A DNA stretch of 61,584 nt, counting the filler. It is 4 parts of 4 records of this genome, joined end to end, with 100 filler letters (N's around TTAATTAATTAA, not from the genome) between each part and the next. Parts side by side here need not be neighbours in the genome. Positions count along the whole stretch, not along the records: positions 1 to 31,064 come from SRR31156797_6986; 3 more parts are not named here. One strand, given 5' to 3'. Below are positions 1 through 10,738 of this stretch, one piece after another. The notes under the pieces were generated by a model. It ran no database searches and was not told the DNA's origin. It saw only the letters and a program-made list of their open reading frames with translations. Positions within the stretch are counted from its first letter, which is position 1, and every line of letters starts with the position of its first letter. Both the position numbers and the translations under genes were made by a program.

Positions 1-31
1 GACTATGTGGGAGAGTAGGTCGTCGCCGGCC
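1..31 (+). rRNA. rrf: 5S rRNA, 3' end (partial)
   Basis: GTGGGAGAGTAGGTCGTCGCCGGC matches the conserved 3' part of bacterial 5S rRNA; followed by a strong terminator. Confidence 0.85.
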
Positions 32-44
32 CTTTTATATATAT

Positions 45-84
45 AAGCCCCTAATACGTGATCGTATTAGGGGCTTTTTTTTTT
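45..84 (+). terminator. Intrinsic terminator of the rRNA operon
   Basis: 14-bp stem AAGCCCCTAATACG/CGTATTAGGGGCTT, 4-nt loop, T-run to 84. Confidence 0.9.
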
Positions 85-245
85 GCTAAATGCGAAAGCT
101 CTTTGTTTAGTGTCTTCTACACTTCTGTCTATAAGTGTATCGTTTTGTTAGTACGGTACAAGGTAAGTTGGTCTCATTGCTGGGGGGACAAAGTAGCTAT
201 GGGCTTTATTTAACACCAAGAGCCAGTCTTTTTTGTCAGGCATTA

Positions 246-1241
246 TTAAGGGGGACCAATCGTAACCAATATCCCCTGTCGCTTAAGTTCATCACCCGCA
301 GCAAACTCGGCGAGTCCAATGGTGTTCACATCATTTCGCCCCTTCTTTTCCATGAGAACATTCATCCAGTTAAGATCCAGTGAAAGGTTTTTGATTGATA
401 TGGCCTTCTCAGGATTTTTAAAAGTATCAATAAGGTGATGCAGTGACTTTTCCGGTTCGCCTATATGCTCTTTTTTTTCTTCCACGGCTTGAGAAGTCTG
501 GGTAAGCATTTTGTCGATATCCTCTATTTTTTTGCGCGCCTCATAGCTTGGTGGAGCCAGGTTGCCAAAGGCAAGGTTTTTGCCTTTGAGCATACGTTTC
601 ATCGCCTCCAGATGAGCCTTGCGCTCTCTTAGTTCTGCCAGTTCTTCACGCAGAGAATTGATATTTTCCATTACGGTGGCAGCAAGGATTTCAAGTACTT
701 TTTCTTCTAGCAGTGCCATGGTGCTTTCCAGGCGACTGGAAGGAGCAACCAGCAGGTGATCGTAAAAGTTGACGCTCTGCATCGTGGCATCTCGAAGAAT
801 CATTTCCCCCTGTTGTTCATGGCCAAAGGTGGTCTTTGTCTCTCTGGACATGGTCAATAAGGCTACGGTGTCTCCATTTTCATATCCTCTTTTTTTAGTT
901 TCTATAGGTAAGTGCTCCAGTACCTCTTTAATGTGATCTGGAGATCTGAAAATAGCTTTAAGAACAGGATCGCTATGATAGTAGCGGCTGCTGAGGCATA
1001 TTGGACCTGGAATAGCGGCAACAAGTCTCCTGCTGTATTCCATGGCCAATTCTATCGCTGGTAAGGCAGTTTTTTTGAACTGTGGTGCCAGGCGGATTTT
1101 AGAGTCAGCAATATCGATTACAGTTTCAAGAGCTTGGTTGACGGCAGCCTGTTGGGTCTGTTTTATCCGTAAGGTTTGGAATTGTTTTTCCACCCATGAA
1201 AGAACTGGAATTTTGGAGGTCAAGCTTGCATTTTTCATCAT
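246..1241 (-). CDS. Hypothetical protein with a central coiled coil
   Basis: 331-aa ORF with a heptad-like segment (LREELAELRERKAHLEAMKRML); no family recognised. Confidence 0.75.
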   Translation of the reverse strand: MMKNASLTSKIPVLSWVEKQFQTLRIKQTQQAAVNQALETVIDIADSKIRLAPQFKKTALPAIELAMEYSRRLVAAIPGPICLSSRYYHSDPVLKAIFRSPDHIKEVLEHLPIETKKRGYENGDTVALLTMSRETKTTFGHEQQGEMILRDATMQSVNFYDHLLVAPSSRLESTMALLEEKVLEILAATVMENINSLREELAELRERKAHLEAMKRMLKGKNLAFGNLAPPSYEARKKIEDIDKMLTQTSQAVEEKKEHIGEPEKSLHHLIDTFKNPEKAISIKNLSLDLNWMNVLMEKKGRNDVNTIGLAEFAAGDELKRQGILVTIGPP

Positions 1242-1413
1242 TGTACCGATTGCTTAGAAGTGGATAACAAAGAGCAGACAATGGAGAACAGCCCAACTTG
1301 AAATGCGTTATATGATGACGCTTAACACTTTAAAACAGAATACGTTCTATGCCAGACAGTTTCCAACAAAAAGTTATCAATCGTTTCTATAAAGATGTCA
1401 AAATCTCTGCTAT

Positions 1414-3120
1414 TCAGGTGGCTGGTGGATGCATCTTTTTCACAGCTATTTCTCGCATTTTAAATTTTTGTAACTTGCCGGTTACTGTCATTGGAAACTC
1501 TTCTACGAACCAGATGTATCGAGGGATTTTATAATGAGCTATTTTATTATGGCAGAACTCGCGAATTTCTTCCTCTGTAACGGTCATATCCGCGTGTGGT
1601 TTGATCCAGGCCATTATTTCCTCACCGTAAGTGCTATCAGGGATACCAAAAACGGCAATTGCCGTCACCTTAGGGTGGCTAAATATGTAATCTTCAATCT
1701 CTCGAGGATAAATGTTTTCTCCACCGCGGATGATCATCTCTTTCAACCTGCCTGTGATTTCAACATACCCATCCTCGTCCATTGTTCCAAGGTCGCCAGA
1801 GTGGAGCCACCCTTGCTCGTCTATAGCTTTGTCTGTAGCCTGCTGGTCGCGGTAATAGCCCTGCATGATATGGTAGCCGCGGAAACATATTTCACCGATT
1901 TCATGGAGGGGCACCTGCTGACCGGTGGAAATCTCTACCACCTGGACCTCCTGATGGGGGAGGTTGCGTCCGACAGTATGGATTCGGCGATGAAAGGTGT
2001 CGTCGGGCAAGGTTAAGTGGGTGATGGGCGAGGCCTCGGTTTCACCATACCCTATCAGGATCTGATGGCAGTGCATATCGCTTATAACCCGTTTCATTAA
2101 TTCTGGCGGGCAAGGTGCGCCGGCCATGATTCCCGTTCGCAGGCTGGACAGGTCAAATTCGTGGAAGCGGGGATGTTCCAGTTGAGCGATAAACATGGTA
2201 GGCACGCCATGAAGCCCAGTGCAGTTTTCCTCTGCAATCGCTTTTAGCACCTGAAGTGGATCGAAATGTTCACAAGCAATAACTATGCAGGCTCCAACCG
2301 AGATGCAGAGCAGATTGGCCAGTACCATTCCGAAACAGTGGTAAAAGGGTACTGGTACACATAAACGATCAGCAGCAGTAAACTGCATGGCCAATGCGGA
2401 AAAATAGGCATTATTGAGAATATTATGGTGGGTCAGCACTACGGCCTTTGGAAAACCTGTGGTACCGGAGGTATATTGAATATTGATCGGATCGCTGCAG
2501 CAGAGATCGTTGCTGATGGCAGCCAACTGCCCATCCGTAATATTGCGGCCTGCAGCAAGCACGTTTTGCCACAGCACCAACCCTGGATGAGCTGGATCGG
2601 TTGTTTCGGGTGCTGCAGGATCATAAAGAACGATATGCCGCATGAACGGGAACTCGATATTTTTGAGTGTCTGTCTGTTGTCCTGGAGCAGTTCAGGAAA
2701 GAGTTCTGTCACCATTTTAAGGTAGTTGCTGGTGCGAAAGGCCGGGATAATAAAGAGACCCTGTACTTCAGAGCGTTGCAATGCGTAGGCAATTTCTTTA
2801 AGCCGGTAAGCAGGATTAATGTTGACCAGGATAGCGCCAATACTGGCAGTCGCCAACTGGAGCAACAGCCATTCGATATTATTAGTGGACCAGATGCCTA
2901 TGCGATCACCCTTGGCATAGCCCATGGCGATAAGGCCTTTTGCCAGCCGATCAACTTCATGTGCGAGTTTTGTATAGGCCAGGCGCCGCCTCTGTGGGAG
3001 AGAGACAACTGCTTCATTATCAGGAAACATTCTGGTTATTGAAGCAAAGTGATCAGGAATCGTTGCTGTCAACAATGGCGGTTCACCATTAGTTCGGTAA
3101 TAGCTTGTGGCTTGCGGCAT
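1414..3120 (-). CDS. AMP-forming acyl-CoA synthetase
   Basis: AMP-binding motif YTSGTTGFPK, plus GYGETE, WLHSGDLG, GGENIYPREIE and the terminal GKLQK lysine. Confidence 0.93.
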   Translation of the reverse strand: MPQATSYYRTNGEPPLLTATIPDHFASITRMFPDNEAVVSLPQRRRLAYTKLAHEVDRLAKGLIAMGYAKGDRIGIWSTNNIEWLLLQLATASIGAILVNINPAYRLKEIAYALQRSEVQGLFIIPAFRTSNYLKMVTELFPELLQDNRQTLKNIEFPFMRHIVLYDPAAPETTDPAHPGLVLWQNVLAAGRNITDGQLAAISNDLCCSDPINIQYTSGTTGFPKAVVLTHHNILNNAYFSALAMQFTAADRLCVPVPFYHCFGMVLANLLCISVGACIVIACEHFDPLQVLKAIAEENCTGLHGVPTMFIAQLEHPRFHEFDLSSLRTGIMAGAPCPPELMKRVISDMHCHQILIGYGETEASPITHLTLPDDTFHRRIHTVGRNLPHQEVQVVEISTGQQVPLHEIGEICFRGYHIMQGYYRDQQATDKAIDEQGWLHSGDLGTMDEDGYVEITGRLKEMIIRGGENIYPREIEDYIFSHPKVTAIAVFGIPDSTYGEEIMAWIKPHADMTVTEEEIREFCHNKIAHYKIPRYIWFVEEFPMTVTGKLQKFKMREIAVKKMHPPAT

Positions 3121-3132
3121 AGCTCTGCTCCG

Positions 3133-4056
3133 TCAGTGGTATTCTACCTTGTGCCAATACGCATCAATTCTATCCTGTATTTCCTTGAGTGTTTTATCAT
3201 CTCGTTTGGGGTGAAAGAGATGGTCGTATCGCCCCTGGAGCTTGAGATATTCTTCCACCGGCAGTCGATTTTTGGGGATTTTGGTATGAACAACCTCGCC
3301 TTTGAAAAATTCTTTGAGCGGCCACACACCAGTCTGTACAGCTTTCTTTCCTATTTCTACAGAAAGGCTTGGGTCAAAACTCCATCCCGTAGGGCAGGGG
3401 GCAAGAGCCAGCAGCAGGCGCGGTCCGTTAAGACTGGAGGCTTTAGAAATCTTTTGGGCAAGATCAAGCGGGTTGGCAGCGATCACAGTAGCTGCATAGG
3501 TGGGTTTATGCGCGGCCCATATCGAGAACAGATCTTTTTTAAAGCCGGGATAGCCACGGGAGCCTTTGCTGGTCGCCGTTTTAACACCATGGGGGGTGGC
3601 AGCAGAGTATTGATGGCCGGTGTTACCGTAGCCTTCATTGTCATAGCAGAGGTAGATAAAGTTGAGGTCACGATCAATAGCACCTGATGTGGCAGAAATT
3701 CCCATGCCATAGGCAGATCCGTCGCCGGTGAGGACGATCACCTCAAGGTCATCATCGGGCTTGATTTTTCCCTTGGCCTTTAATATATCCAAGGCATCTC
3801 GAACCCCCTGTGCACCTGCCGGTGCCGATGCCATGGCAGTGTAGAGCCAGGCCCCTCGAAAGGGAGTAAAGGGATACACAGAAAGCAGTGTCATGCATCC
3901 TGCTGCATTTACAAAAACTGTCTTTTCTCCCATGATGTCATAAATCTCATGTAGAGCTGCCAGACCACCACAGCCGGGGCACATTGGTGTTCCTGTTCCA
4001 AGGATATGTTTTTGGGGCAGATCTCGCTTGCTTTTAAAATCTGTAGTGTTGTTCAT
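3133..4056 (-). CDS. 2-oxoacid:ferredoxin oxidoreductase beta subunit (TPP-binding)
   Basis: CPGCG, GDG...DNEGYGNTG TPP motif, PCPTGW. Confidence 0.92.
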   Translation of the reverse strand: MNNTTDFKSKRDLPQKHILGTGTPMCPGCGGLAALHEIYDIMGEKTVFVNAAGCMTLLSVYPFTPFRGAWLYTAMASAPAGAQGVRDALDILKAKGKIKPDDDLEVIVLTGDGSAYGMGISATSGAIDRDLNFIYLCYDNEGYGNTGHQYSAATPHGVKTATSKGSRGYPGFKKDLFSIWAAHKPTYAATVIAANPLDLAQKISKASSLNGPRLLLALAPCPTGWSFDPSLSVEIGKKAVQTGVWPLKEFFKGEVVHTKIPKNRLPVEEYLKLQGRYDHLFHPKRDDKTLKEIQDRIDAYWHKVEYH

Positions 4057-5303
4057 CTACTCTCTCCCGGTGCAGCCGGTATGGATCCAGCAATGGTTTG
4101 TAATGCCCGCATTTCGCGCATCTCCTCTTCTGTGTAAAGAAGCCTTGGTGGAGGCGGTGTACCGGTTGCCGAAGCCTGCTTAAGGACGGTGGCCATCTCA
4201 AAGAATTCTTCCTCTTTGATATCCCTGCCGCCAAGCCCACCGATAAAACTGGCAAGCAAAGGTGCGTCAGGGCAGCCGTAAAGCGCACTTTTGAGTTCAG
4301 TGTAGAGGATGCCACCTTTACCCATTGAAATATTTTGATCGATTACAGCGACACCTTTTTTCTTCTGTAATGCTTCATTGAGGGGCGCTTCTGGGTACGG
4401 CCTAAGCATCCTGGGACGGACAAGACCGATTTTCCAACCTGCTTCGCGCAGACTGTCAACAGCCTGCTTGGCCTTGGTGGCATAAGAACCGATCATGACA
4501 AAAGCAAACTCGGCATCCTCGTTTTTGTATTCTTCCAGCGGGCCGTATTCTCTACCGAAATGGGCAGCAAAATCGAGGCAGATATTTTCGTAATATGACA
4601 GAGCTTGCAGGGATGCCAAGTGTGCTTGATAGCGAAAATAAGAATAGGCCGATCCACCCAGTACTGCCACTCCAGCGCTGACAGGTTCATGGGCACGAAA
4701 GCGGAGCGAGTTATTAGACGGGTATGGTGGTAAAAAGGCATCTGCAGCCTGGGGATCGGGGAGCTGCACAACCTCCCTGGTAAAGGAGAGGTAGAATCCG
4801 TCGAGATTGACAATCACCGGCAGCCGTACGCCTTCACTTTCGGTCAAACGGAAGGCGATCAGCATGTGATCGAGTACTTCCTGACAGGTAGAGCAATGGA
4901 GCTGGATACAGCTGCTGTCACGGGCTGAAAGAATGTCGTTGTGATCAGGTTCCAGTGTGATAGGAGCAGCCAGTCCCCGTGAGACATTGATGAGCACAAA
5001 AGGTGCTCGCCAGCCCGCTACAGTGTACAGCATTTCCATGCCGTGGAGCAAACCCTGGCTTGAGGTGGCGGTGCAGGCACGAACTCCTGTAACCGCGGCT
5101 GCTCCAGCAGCTGTTATCATCGAGTGTTCAGAGTCCATGGTGACCATTCTGCAGTCCATTTTACCACTATCTATCCATTGGGAAAGAGTTTCGATGATCT
5201 CTGTCTGTGGGGTAATGGGAAAGGCCGGCAGGTATTCAATTCTGGCAAGACGGGCTCCCCAAGCTGCAGCTCCGTTCCCTGTAAGTAATTCTCGTTTCAT
5301 CAC
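4053..5303 (-). CDS. 2-oxoacid:ferredoxin oxidoreductase alpha subunit
   Basis: FPITPQTEI, SEHS, TATSSQGL, DGFYLS, GLGGRD motifs of the PorA family. Confidence 0.92.
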   Translation of the reverse strand: MMKRELLTGNGAAAWGARLARIEYLPAFPITPQTEIIETLSQWIDSGKMDCRMVTMDSEHSMITAAGAAAVTGVRACTATSSQGLLHGMEMLYTVAGWRAPFVLINVSRGLAAPITLEPDHNDILSARDSSCIQLHCSTCQEVLDHMLIAFRLTESEGVRLPVIVNLDGFYLSFTREVVQLPDPQAADAFLPPYPSNNSLRFRAHEPVSAGVAVLGGSAYSYFRYQAHLASLQALSYYENICLDFAAHFGREYGPLEEYKNEDAEFAFVMIGSYATKAKQAVDSLREAGWKIGLVRPRMLRPYPEAPLNEALQKKKGVAVIDQNISMGKGGILYTELKSALYGCPDAPLLASFIGGLGGRDIKEEEFFEMATVLKQASATGTPPPPRLLYTEEEMREMRALQTIAGSIPAAPGESR

Positions 5304-6226
5304 TTTTCCTCTCCGGGTAACCGGGAGGCCTCCTGTTCAGGGAGTGCCTGGATGGCATGGGTAGGACATTGCACCAGACAGACCAGACACCCTTTGCAGT
5401 GTGTATAATCGATTTGTGGAAAACCATCGGAGTCGACATGGATTGCACCTTCCGGGCAGAAGGTACTGCAGAGCCACCAGCAGCGGTTGCAGATGCTATG
5501 ATCAATTACCGGCCGTTGGGTTCGCCAAAGTCCTGTTGCTAGCTTTTCGCTGGTGGCACTGGCGTAAATGGCGGGTGCGGTTTGTAACCCTTTCTCCATC
5601 GGCATATCCAGCCAATGGGGAGGAGTATAGGTTGAGGCTGCAGTAGGAGAGGACTCCTGGATTACAATTTGAGTGGCAGCCATTTCGTCAAAATAGTTGA
5701 GGGCTGTGTTGTTGCTCTGCTCGGCAGCAGTTGTATCCAGTGTGACCAGTTCTTGGTGCAGTGCATCTGTCAGTGCCTCTCTGGAGAGCACTCCCAGGAG
5801 GCGGGCAACAGTACCAACGCAGGCCATCCCCCACAGAAGGGGTGATTTTTCTTTGGCGGCAGTCTTTGACAGACAGAGCACCTTTCCCGGTATCTGCAGA
5901 CGATGCGTCCATTTTTCTGCAGGCAGATCACTGATAATCAGAACCACTGTCTGCGGTTCACAGCCTTGAAGGATGGCAGCAGTCGGGACAGGCATGAGCG
6001 TATCATCAACAACCACAATGCAGTCAGGACGCTGAATAATTCCGCGCTCATGAATGGGCGTTAGCGACGCCCTGACGTACGCAAAAATTGGAGCACCTCT
6101 GCGTTCCGCACCATACCGCGGTGCATCTTGTACATTGTACCCTTCGTTGAAAAAGGCCCTGCCGAGAATGCGGCTTGCGGTCTTCACTCCCTGACCGCCA
6201 CGTCCGTGAAAGCGAATGCGATACAT
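5300..6226 (-). CDS. 2-oxoacid:ferredoxin oxidoreductase fused gamma-delta subunit
   Basis: N-terminal HGRGGQG and YGAERRGAP (gamma); C-terminal 2x[4Fe-4S] motifs CNRCWWLC...CP and CKGCLVC...CP (delta). Confidence 0.92.
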   Translation of the reverse strand: MYRIRFHGRGGQGVKTASRILGRAFFNEGYNVQDAPRYGAERRGAPIFAYVRASLTPIHERGIIQRPDCIVVVDDTLMPVPTAAILQGCEPQTVVLIISDLPAEKWTHRLQIPGKVLCLSKTAAKEKSPLLWGMACVGTVARLLGVLSREALTDALHQELVTLDTTAAEQSNNTALNYFDEMAATQIVIQESSPTAASTYTPPHWLDMPMEKGLQTAPAIYASATSEKLATGLWRTQRPVIDHSICNRCWWLCSTFCPEGAIHVDSDGFPQIDYTHCKGCLVCLVQCPTHAIQALPEQEASRLPGEEK

Positions 6227-6276
6227 GGTTTTCCAAGCTCCTTAACGGGGTGCTTCAAGGCTTTCAACACGATGAA

Positions 6277-7392
6277 CTAAAAGATACGCCACCGTTTGTG
6301 ATGCATGGCCTTTTCAAGCCTTGAGCGGGAAAGTTGTACTGCAGCCTGTCTGGGCAGCAGGTCATTGCTTTTTGCCAATTCCAGCACTTCGATAGTGTTG
6401 TGCCTGATTTTTTCCTCAATGGTCTGCATGGATGCAGTCTGGCTGGCACCGTGGAACTCCATTGCAGCGCAGATTACCCCGCCAGCATTGGCAATAAAAT
6501 CAGGAATAACAAGCACACCATGTTCGTGTAGATATTTTTCTGCATCAGCAGTCAGGGGAATGTTGGCCCCCTGGGCAACGAGTTTTGTAGAGAGACGGTG
6601 GATATTGCCCTTATGCAGGACGTCAGGGCGGGCAGCAGGAATCCAGATATCACATTCCATATCAATCACAGCCTCTGCGTCCCCTGTGATTCCTTGAGGG
6701 CTGTCAATAACGCTTTTCCCTTGGTTTTTGATATCTATGAGTGCCTGAACATCCAGCCCCTCTGCATTGTAAAGAGATCCCCTGCTGTCACAGGTACCGA
6801 CCAGTACTCCACCGTTTTCGGTTAGAAAACGGGCGGCATGTTTTCCCACTGCGCCAAATCCCTGGATGACGATGCGGGCACCTTCAAGAGAAAAGTCAGT
6901 ATGCTGCAGAGCTACGTCTATTGTATGGTAGATGCCCCAACCGGTTGCCCCAATGATGTCAAGCGGTATGCCTCCTATTTCACTGGGCAGACCAACCGCA
7001 CGGCCGATTTCGTCTTTGACCCATGCCATGCATTCTTCATCGGTGCCCATGTCAGGCCCAAAAATATAGTCTGATTCACCGCGCAGGGCGTAAGCAAAAC
7101 CCCTTATTAGATTTTCTTTCCGGTCAGGCTCCACTTTGGGATTGCCGAAAAGGACCGATTTGCCGCCTCCGTGGGCCAGGCCTGCAGCAGCATTTTTAAG
7201 GGTCATGGCTCTGGCCAAGCGAACACACTCCCCCATGCTGACATTCTCAGCCATCCTTAATCCTCCGATAGAGGGACCAGCGGCAACATTATCGACAACC
7301 AATATGCCTTGGAGGTGTATCGAAGGCTCCTGTATACAAATGATCTTGGCGGGTCCTAAATCATCAACAAAAGTCTCTATCGTTTTTTCCAT
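6277..7392 (-). CDS. Glu/Leu/Phe/Val dehydrogenase
   Basis: GGLR, GGGKSV, GPDMGT, GFGAVG, PDFIANAGGV. Confidence 0.93.
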   Translation of the reverse strand: MEKTIETFVDDLGPAKIICIQEPSIHLQGILVVDNVAAGPSIGGLRMAENVSMGECVRLARAMTLKNAAAGLAHGGGKSVLFGNPKVEPDRKENLIRGFAYALRGESDYIFGPDMGTDEECMAWVKDEIGRAVGLPSEIGGIPLDIIGATGWGIYHTIDVALQHTDFSLEGARIVIQGFGAVGKHAARFLTENGGVLVGTCDSRGSLYNAEGLDVQALIDIKNQGKSVIDSPQGITGDAEAVIDMECDIWIPAARPDVLHKGNIHRLSTKLVAQGANIPLTADAEKYLHEHGVLVIPDFIANAGGVICAAMEFHGASQTASMQTIEEKIRHNTIEVLELAKSNDLLPRQAAVQLSRSRLEKAMHHKRWRIF

Positions 7393-7999
7393 AACGCTTT
7401 ACCCTGGTTGCATGAAGAGGATGTGTATAAACTGTATGCATCTTTCGGATAGTGTCCGAAAAAACAGTCTCTCCTCTTAGTACAGCACAATACCCTTTTA
7501 GTTGTCAAATTTGGTTTAGGATAAAAAGAATACAGAAAGAGGCTCTTGTTGGAAAAAAGAAGCACAGAGCTCTTGGTTACGGGTATTTTTGTGGGAGTGA
7601 AACCGATGGGAAAGGAGTCTTAGCGGGTGACATGCCCTGCAGGTTTGTTGTGAAAAAAAAGAAAGTGCCTTTTTACAGGCATTTGTCTTTGTTGCAGGTG
7701 AGGGCAATGTTTTTTGAATTTACGAATGCTGAGTTTCTTCTGTGGCACAGCTTCTATAGTTATCTCACGTTCTCGATAGATCAGGATTGGCTGAAAAAAA
7801 TAATCTAAAAGCGGGGATCGGTCAGTAATAAACAGAGTGTGAATTCCAAATACAAGCAAGGTGTGTCAGGCAATACTATAGTGCTCTCAAAGCAACGGGG
7901 ATGTTAAACGTGCAATACGAGCTGCAGCCCTAAACATCAGCGGTTTATCCACATAGTGCTCTCGACTGACCAGCTCACTCTCCGATGAGGAGGGCGGCC

Positions 8000-9424
8000 T
8001 TACCATTCCTTGGACCAGTAGAGGAAGTCGCGGTTTTCCAGAAGGTCCATGTCTTCCATGTATCGTTCCATGGATTCTGCCACTACTCTTCCCTGATATA
8101 CAGCTTTGGCAACCGTTTGTGGTCCAAGGACGTTATCACCGCCGGCAAATATCCACTCCACATTGGTCTGCAGGGTAATTGGGTCAACCTCATAAGGCCC
8201 CCAAGGCGTTACCTTCAAGGACATCCCCTCATGAGCACTATGATGCACGGTCTGGCTGATCGCCGGGATGATATACTCTGCCTCAATGGTGAAGTGAGAT
8301 CCCTCTTTCGGAATAGGGCTGTAACGACCGGTTTCGTCGGGCTCACCCAACTCCATGCGGATGCACTCAACTCCTGTCATGTGTCCGTTTTCATGCAGTA
8401 TTCTGATAGGTGCTGCCAAGGTTTCGATATGTACACCTTCTTCCTCCAAGTGCTTCACTTCCATTGGGGCAGCCGGCATTTCTTTTTTTGTGCGTCGATA
8501 GAGAATGAAAACATCTTCAGAGCCGGTTCGCAGTGCTGTCCGTGCAACATCAATGGCGACATTGCCACCGCCGATGACAACCACCTTGTTGCCGATATAG
8601 GTTTCCTGGCCGGTGAGGGTCTTGCGCAGATAATCCACCCCATGCATCACCCCTATTGTTCCTTCTTCTCCTGGGATATTCAATTTCCTGCTTTTGTGGG
8701 CACCAACACCGAGAAAGATGCACTGGTAACCCTCTTCTTTAAGTTGGAGGAGGGTTTTATCTTTTCCTATCTCAATACCAAAGACGATTTCCACACCGCA
8801 TTTTTTTAAAGCGTGGAGTTCGGCACCAACAATATCCCGAGGCAGCCGATAGGGGGGAATACCAACAGAGAGCATACCTCCGAAAACCGGTAGGCTTTCA
8901 AAAATTGTGCATTGGTATCCTTTTTGAGCAAGGTGATAGGCAACGGTCATACCAGCAGGCCCAGAACCGATGATGGCTACTTTTTTGCCGTTAGGGAGGG
9001 CACACTGCAACGAAAGGTCTTTGTTGTTGGCAACCATCCAGTCAGTGAGAAAACGTTCTAAAAGACCTATCGCGACGGGCTCTCCGCGTTTGCCCCTTAT
9101 ACAGGATCCTTCACATTGAAATTCATGGGGACAAACTCTTGAACATACAGAGGGCATGGTGCTGGTCTTACGGACTTCCCAGTAGGCTTTTTCAAACTGG
9201 CCGTTTTTTATATACTGTATAAATTTGGGGATGTTGTTGTTAATGGGGCACCCATTGACACAGGGTGGTTTTTTACATTGCAGGCAGCGTTCGGCTTCAA
9301 GCTGTGCCGCTTTCTGGTCATACCCCTTGGTCACCTCGAGAAAGTCAGTGATCCTTTGCATGGGATCTAATTCCGCAGGATGCTGACGGGGAATAGCCAT
9401 TCTTTGTTTGGGCTTCATCTGCAC
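8000..9424 (-). CDS. GltD/SudA/NfnB-like NAD(P)H-dependent Fe-S flavoprotein
   Basis: RCLQC...CVNGCP and CSRVCP...CEGSC Fe-S motifs; GSGPAG, GGGNVAID, FAGGD. Confidence 0.9.
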   Translation of the reverse strand: MQMKPKQRMAIPRQHPAELDPMQRITDFLEVTKGYDQKAAQLEAERCLQCKKPPCVNGCPINNNIPKFIQYIKNGQFEKAYWEVRKTSTMPSVCSRVCPHEFQCEGSCIRGKRGEPVAIGLLERFLTDWMVANNKDLSLQCALPNGKKVAIIGSGPAGMTVAYHLAQKGYQCTIFESLPVFGGMLSVGIPPYRLPRDIVGAELHALKKCGVEIVFGIEIGKDKTLLQLKEEGYQCIFLGVGAHKSRKLNIPGEEGTIGVMHGVDYLRKTLTGQETYIGNKVVVIGGGNVAIDVARTALRTGSEDVFILYRRTKKEMPAAPMEVKHLEEEGVHIETLAAPIRILHENGHMTGVECIRMELGEPDETGRYSPIPKEGSHFTIEAEYIIPAISQTVHHSAHEGMSLKVTPWGPYEVDPITLQTNVEWIFAGGDNVLGPQTVAKAVYQGRVVAESMERYMEDMDLLENRDFLYWSKEW

Positions 9425-9915
9425 TCCGAAAAGGTTGTTTGTATTGACTGTGATCTGAATGTATCCTTTTATCTATTATAAAAGATTGGACAACGTTGCA
9501 ATAACAGTGGGCGGAAATGTTGAAAATGAGGGCTCTTAAGCACATTGCTAGTGGGAGCATGGTTCTTTACGACAAACCTGTGGGCAGATTATCATAGGGT
9601 TGTTATATTTTGTTATTTGGTACTTGATTCCAGGGAGTAGGGAAGTTGAAAAAGCTAATGCCTCCCTTTTTTAAAATGATTTTTTTTCAGAATTTGGTGT
9701 ATGTTCAAGCCTTTATATTTGCCTCGGAGTCGAATTTACTTTGGCCCGGTCGAAAAAAAAGAATTTTTCAAGGCATTCTGAAGTATGTTTTTTATTATTA
9801 ATCGAGAAAAACGTTTTGCAGGGTGACTTCTGTGGTTTGATTCCGGTGAGAAAGCGGTGTATCGAAAGATATCTTGGTACACCGGGCAGAGTGCGTCAAT
9901 ATATTAAGAGGTAAC

Positions 9916-10737
9916 ATGAAAAAAGCAGCGAATGTAGAGATCCTTATTGTTGGTAATGAAATCCTAACTGGGGACATACTCGATACCAATACCAACTGGC
10001 TTTGTAAGCTGGTACACGGACGCGGAGGTAGTATTGCTCGGGTAACTGTTATCCCAGACGAACAGGACGTAGTGGCCGATGCCGTTCGTGCCGCTGTGGC
10101 GCGCAAGGTCGACATTCTTTTCACTTCTGGCGGGCTTGGGCCGACCTCTGATGACTTGACACTGCAGGGTGTTGCCGACGGGATAGGGCGTAAAACAGTC
10201 CTGCATGAGGAGGCACTTGAGATGGTGAAGCAGCAGTATGATTATTTTTTTGAACAGGGCATTATGGATCAGGGTGGATTGAACCCTGCCCGGGAAAAGA
10301 TGGCTTGGCTGCCCCAGGGCGGGGAACCACTTTTTAATGCTGTAGGTACTGCTCCCGGCGTTTTTCTCCAAGTAGAGGAAACGGCAATCATCAGTGTCCC
10401 CGGTGTGCCTTCAGAGCTTAAGGTCATTATCAATCAGTCGATGAAGGAATTTCTTGATAAGGTCTTTGGTGAAGGCGAGGCTCTAGATATGTGCGTGGCT
10501 GTGGAATGCAATGATGAATCCATGCTGGAACCAGTACTGATTCGTATTGTGGAGCAGTACCCAGAGATTTACACTAAGTCCCTGGCGACAACACTTGGTG
10601 AAAAAAAGGAACTGGACATCATCATGACCATCACCGGGATTGGGGAAAAGAAGACACTTTTGAGAAAGGCCTACCAGGATTTGTGCGTAGGCCTTGTTGA
10701 GTTGGGATTTACCATCAAGAAAAAGAAAGTTAATTGA
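9916..10737 (+). CDS. CinA-like (molybdopterin-binding domain) protein
   Basis: GNEILTG, DTN, SGGLGPTSDDLT, GTAPG, PGVPSE; lacks the C-terminal PncC domain. ATG at 9916 follows GAGG. Confidence 0.85.
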   Translation: MKKAANVEILIVGNEILTGDILDTNTNWLCKLVHGRGGSIARVTVIPDEQDVVADAVRAAVARKVDILFTSGGLGPTSDDLTLQGVADGIGRKTVLHEEALEMVKQQYDYFFEQGIMDQGGLNPAREKMAWLPQGGEPLFNAVGTAPGVFLQVEETAIISVPGVPSELKVIINQSMKEFLDKVFGEGEALDMCVAVECNDESMLEPVLIRIVEQYPEIYTKSLATTLGEKKELDIIMTITGIGEKKTLLRKAYQDLCVGLVELGFTIKKKKVN

Positions 10738-10738
10738 T

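Noticed and set aside
7741-7760. Sigma54 promoter (TGGCAC)
   Set aside because: No TTGC -12 element, and it is on the wrong strand for the downstream operon.
7985-8809. 274-aa plus-strand ORF and similar overlapping ORFs in contig 1
   Set aside because: Antisense to well-supported genes; no motifs.
8000-9424. DsrL
   Set aside because: It lacks the C-terminal ferredoxin domain and no dsr genes are nearby.
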